A stretch of DNA of 60,603 bases from Heterodontus francisci (Eukaryota). This document shows positions 59,255-60,603 of the stretch, piece after piece. The DNA is taken from assembly GCF_036365525.1 (NCBI RefSeq), contig NW_027142314.1, positions 1-60,603 of the forward strand. The letters are read 5' to 3'. The notes beneath the pieces are model-generated. The model was given only the letters and a program-made list of their open reading frames with translations, was not told where the DNA came from and did no database searches. The position numbers and the translations under genes are program-made. The first letter of the stretch is position 1; every line of letters starts with the position of its first letter.

Positions 59255-60240
59255 AGGGGGAAACTGACCCTCTTCAGCCAGCACTGAGCCATGATCTCTC
59301 CCCCCCCCACACAGCAAGAGCGCGGAGGGATGGAGGTGCAGACTCACGGGACTCTGCCGTCAAGTTAAAGTTGATGCAGTCGTGCACGGACAGGTCGCCC
59401 TGCTGTCTGTCCTCATAGTCCAAGTCGTTCGTCTCGCCGTCCTCCAGCCCCGACAGGTTGCCCGGCACCGTCGCCGCTCTTCGGCACCCCTCGACACTCT
59501 GTTGGCAGTGAGACGCAGGTCAGGTCACAGACAAACACTCAATTCCCCCTCTATAGCCACATGTCCCTGGACCAGCAACCCCCCCACACCCCCATAGAGT
59601 AGGTCAGCTGTTGGGACCCAAAAGAAAAAAAAAAAGTGAGGGGTGGGAGAGAAAAAAAAAAAGACAGTTGAGAAGAGGAAGTCTGACAGCCAGACGCTGG
59701 AACCAAGCCTCACCGTCCGAACTTTGGATTCCAGATCGCAGACATACAGCCAGAGAAAAGCTTGAGCCTGGTCGTCCTGCAGCTGGTGCCGGTTATCGGG
59801 GGTCTCCGGCAGGGACCCCAAAACGTTCAGTGCTTCCTCCACACAGTCCATCGCTGAGCTACAGGAAGATAAAAGAAAACAGCAGTCAGCGCGGCCTGGC
59901 TCAGCTCACCCGGTGCGAGGTACTGAGACAGACACAAACACAGACACACACACCGCCTCCCCCTCCCACCACCCCTCCAAAAAAACCTTACCATTCGGCA
60001 TGCTGGCTGAAGTCACGGTAGCACAGGACCTGCGCCAGCTCCACCAGCTGCACTGCCCGCATGTGCTGCATCTCACTCCCCTCCTGCGACGAGGACAACT
60101 TGATCAGGTCGCAGATGACATTGAACCTCTCCTGCGAGGTGTCGGTCCGCAGGCGCTTGTACGCCCTCAGCTCTTCAACGAGCAGCGCCGCCATGGCACT
60201 GGGCTCCAGCTCCCACAGCTGCAGGGCATCCTGCAGTGTC
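38123..60240 (-). CDS. ESPL1: Separase (ESPL1), 5'-partial, 23 exons in window: 59992-60240, 59714-59858, 59348-59498, 58526-58665, 55268-55402, 54922-55041, 54251-54422, 54013-54141, 52511-52667, 51597-51706, 50012-51322, 49382-49540, 48071-48284, 47390-47583, 42070-42197, 41352-41474, 40937-41092, 40609-40788, 40066-40170, 39716-39831, 39336-39419, 38823-38987, 38123-38324 (~1547 aa)
   Basis: Peptidase C50 motifs [23 protein letters not shown] (catalytic His), LVGCSS (catalytic Cys), [13 protein letters not shown] and [12 protein letters not shown]. Regulatory motifs NDLDYED, ASPVLK and FDDSDVE are also present. All junctions are GT-AG with matching phases. Confidence 0.96.
38553..38790 (-). 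mobile_element. CR1 LINE 3' end fragment in the last ESPL1 intron
   Basis: [28 protein letters not shown], plus a GGGCCGAATGG tail. Confidence 0.78.
41540..41985 (-). mobile_element. DeuSINE (SacSINE1-like) copy without tandem expansion
   Basis: GCAGCCAATTTGCGCACAGCAAGCTCCCAC..AAACAGCAATGTGA..GAGGGAGCAGAC..TCCGACAGCGTGGCACTCCCTC is homologous to the copies at 24038 and 25355. Confidence 0.7.
42219..47318. repeat. 48/53-bp minisatellite (GTTAAYGAACAGTATAAAACCACCAGGGACGGACAAGGGGACAG[AACAG]GACA), ~100 copies, filling an ESPL1 intron
   Basis: Directly visible 5.1-kb array. Confidence 0.97.
48396..49352. repeat. 39-bp minisatellite (CCTCCTCCCCCGCAGGTACAGAGACCTACCGCCCGTGTC), ~24 copies, ESPL1 intron
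   Basis: Directly visible. Confidence 0.96.
51717..51762. repeat. (AG)n microsatellite forming the pyrimidine tract of an ESPL1 acceptor
   Basis: Directly visible next to the acceptor at 51707. Confidence 0.9.
52855..53182 (+). mobile_element. Highly degraded CR1 fragment
   Basis: Remnants GGTTAGACCACA-like and [12 protein letters not shown] resemble the end of CR1 ORF2. Confidence 0.5.
53183..53905. repeat. ~50-bp minisatellite (GGGGCAGTGGGATTAGTTTGGGGATYGATACAGGGCTATGGGGAGGGAGC), ~14 copies
   Basis: Directly visible. Confidence 0.92.
55790..58375 (+). mobile_element. Degraded CR1 LINE remnants (endonuclease and RT pieces, at least two segments, ending in a 3' tail)
   Basis: YRPP..GDFNYPNI-like endonuclease remnants; [31 protein letters not shown] and [21 protein letters not shown]; tail GGGCCAAATGGCCTCTGTGTTGTAACCATTTATGATTCTATGA. 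Confidence 0.85.
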
Positions 60241-60603
60241 CTGTTGGCACAGAGAGAGAGACAACTTAACATGATGCTTGACCTAAGAGGGTTAGACGAG
60301 GCTTGTATTGCTGCCGGGTGATCTAATTGAGGTGTCTGTGATGAGTAAAGGATTTGATCATTTCTCTGTCTACTGTATTTCCTCCAGTGCAGGTGGTAGT
60401 TGGGGGGTGGGGGCAGGAGATAAAAACCAAGTTTAAAAACAGGCTGTTTCCTATGGCTGCGCAAGAGTGGGGAGGGAGAGGAGGGAGGGATTGGTTCACA
60501 GTGCAAGGGGGAAAAAACCTGATTTAACTTTGAAGTCACTTTCCCCAGAGTAATGAGCGAGGCCAATAGGCAGAGGACCCAGGGAGGAGTGCACAGCACC
60601 TCA

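Overview
Eukaryotic vertebrate genomic DNA, very probably a shark or ray, judged from HE1-type V-SINEs, DeuSINEs, CR1 LINEs and a Penelope element. Reading splice junctions by hand gives four intron-containing genes in the same order and orientation as human 12q13.13. On the minus strand are the 3' 23 exons of ESPL1/separase (38123-60240, gene continues beyond the window), complete PFDN5 (6 exons, 155 aa, with a U12-type intron) and complete MYG1 (7 exons, 367 aa). The last exon of AAAS/ALADIN (2813-2950, absent from the ORF track) converges on the plus strand. Roughly 45-50% of the window is a dozen different minisatellite arrays that fill introns almost up to the splice sites; several visibly derive from TE segments or contain splice-signal-like motifs. 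PFDN5 intron 1 carries a young Penelope-like retroelement with a minimal hammerhead ribozyme in the host's sense orientation. The long repetitive ORFs in the track are minisatellite artefacts. No CRISPR, rRNA or genuine tRNA genes were seen. I found no clearly new gene system; the best candidates for novelty are the splice-signal-bearing intronic arrays and the intronic ribozyme. Comparisons to human proteins and repeat families are from memory, not database searches.
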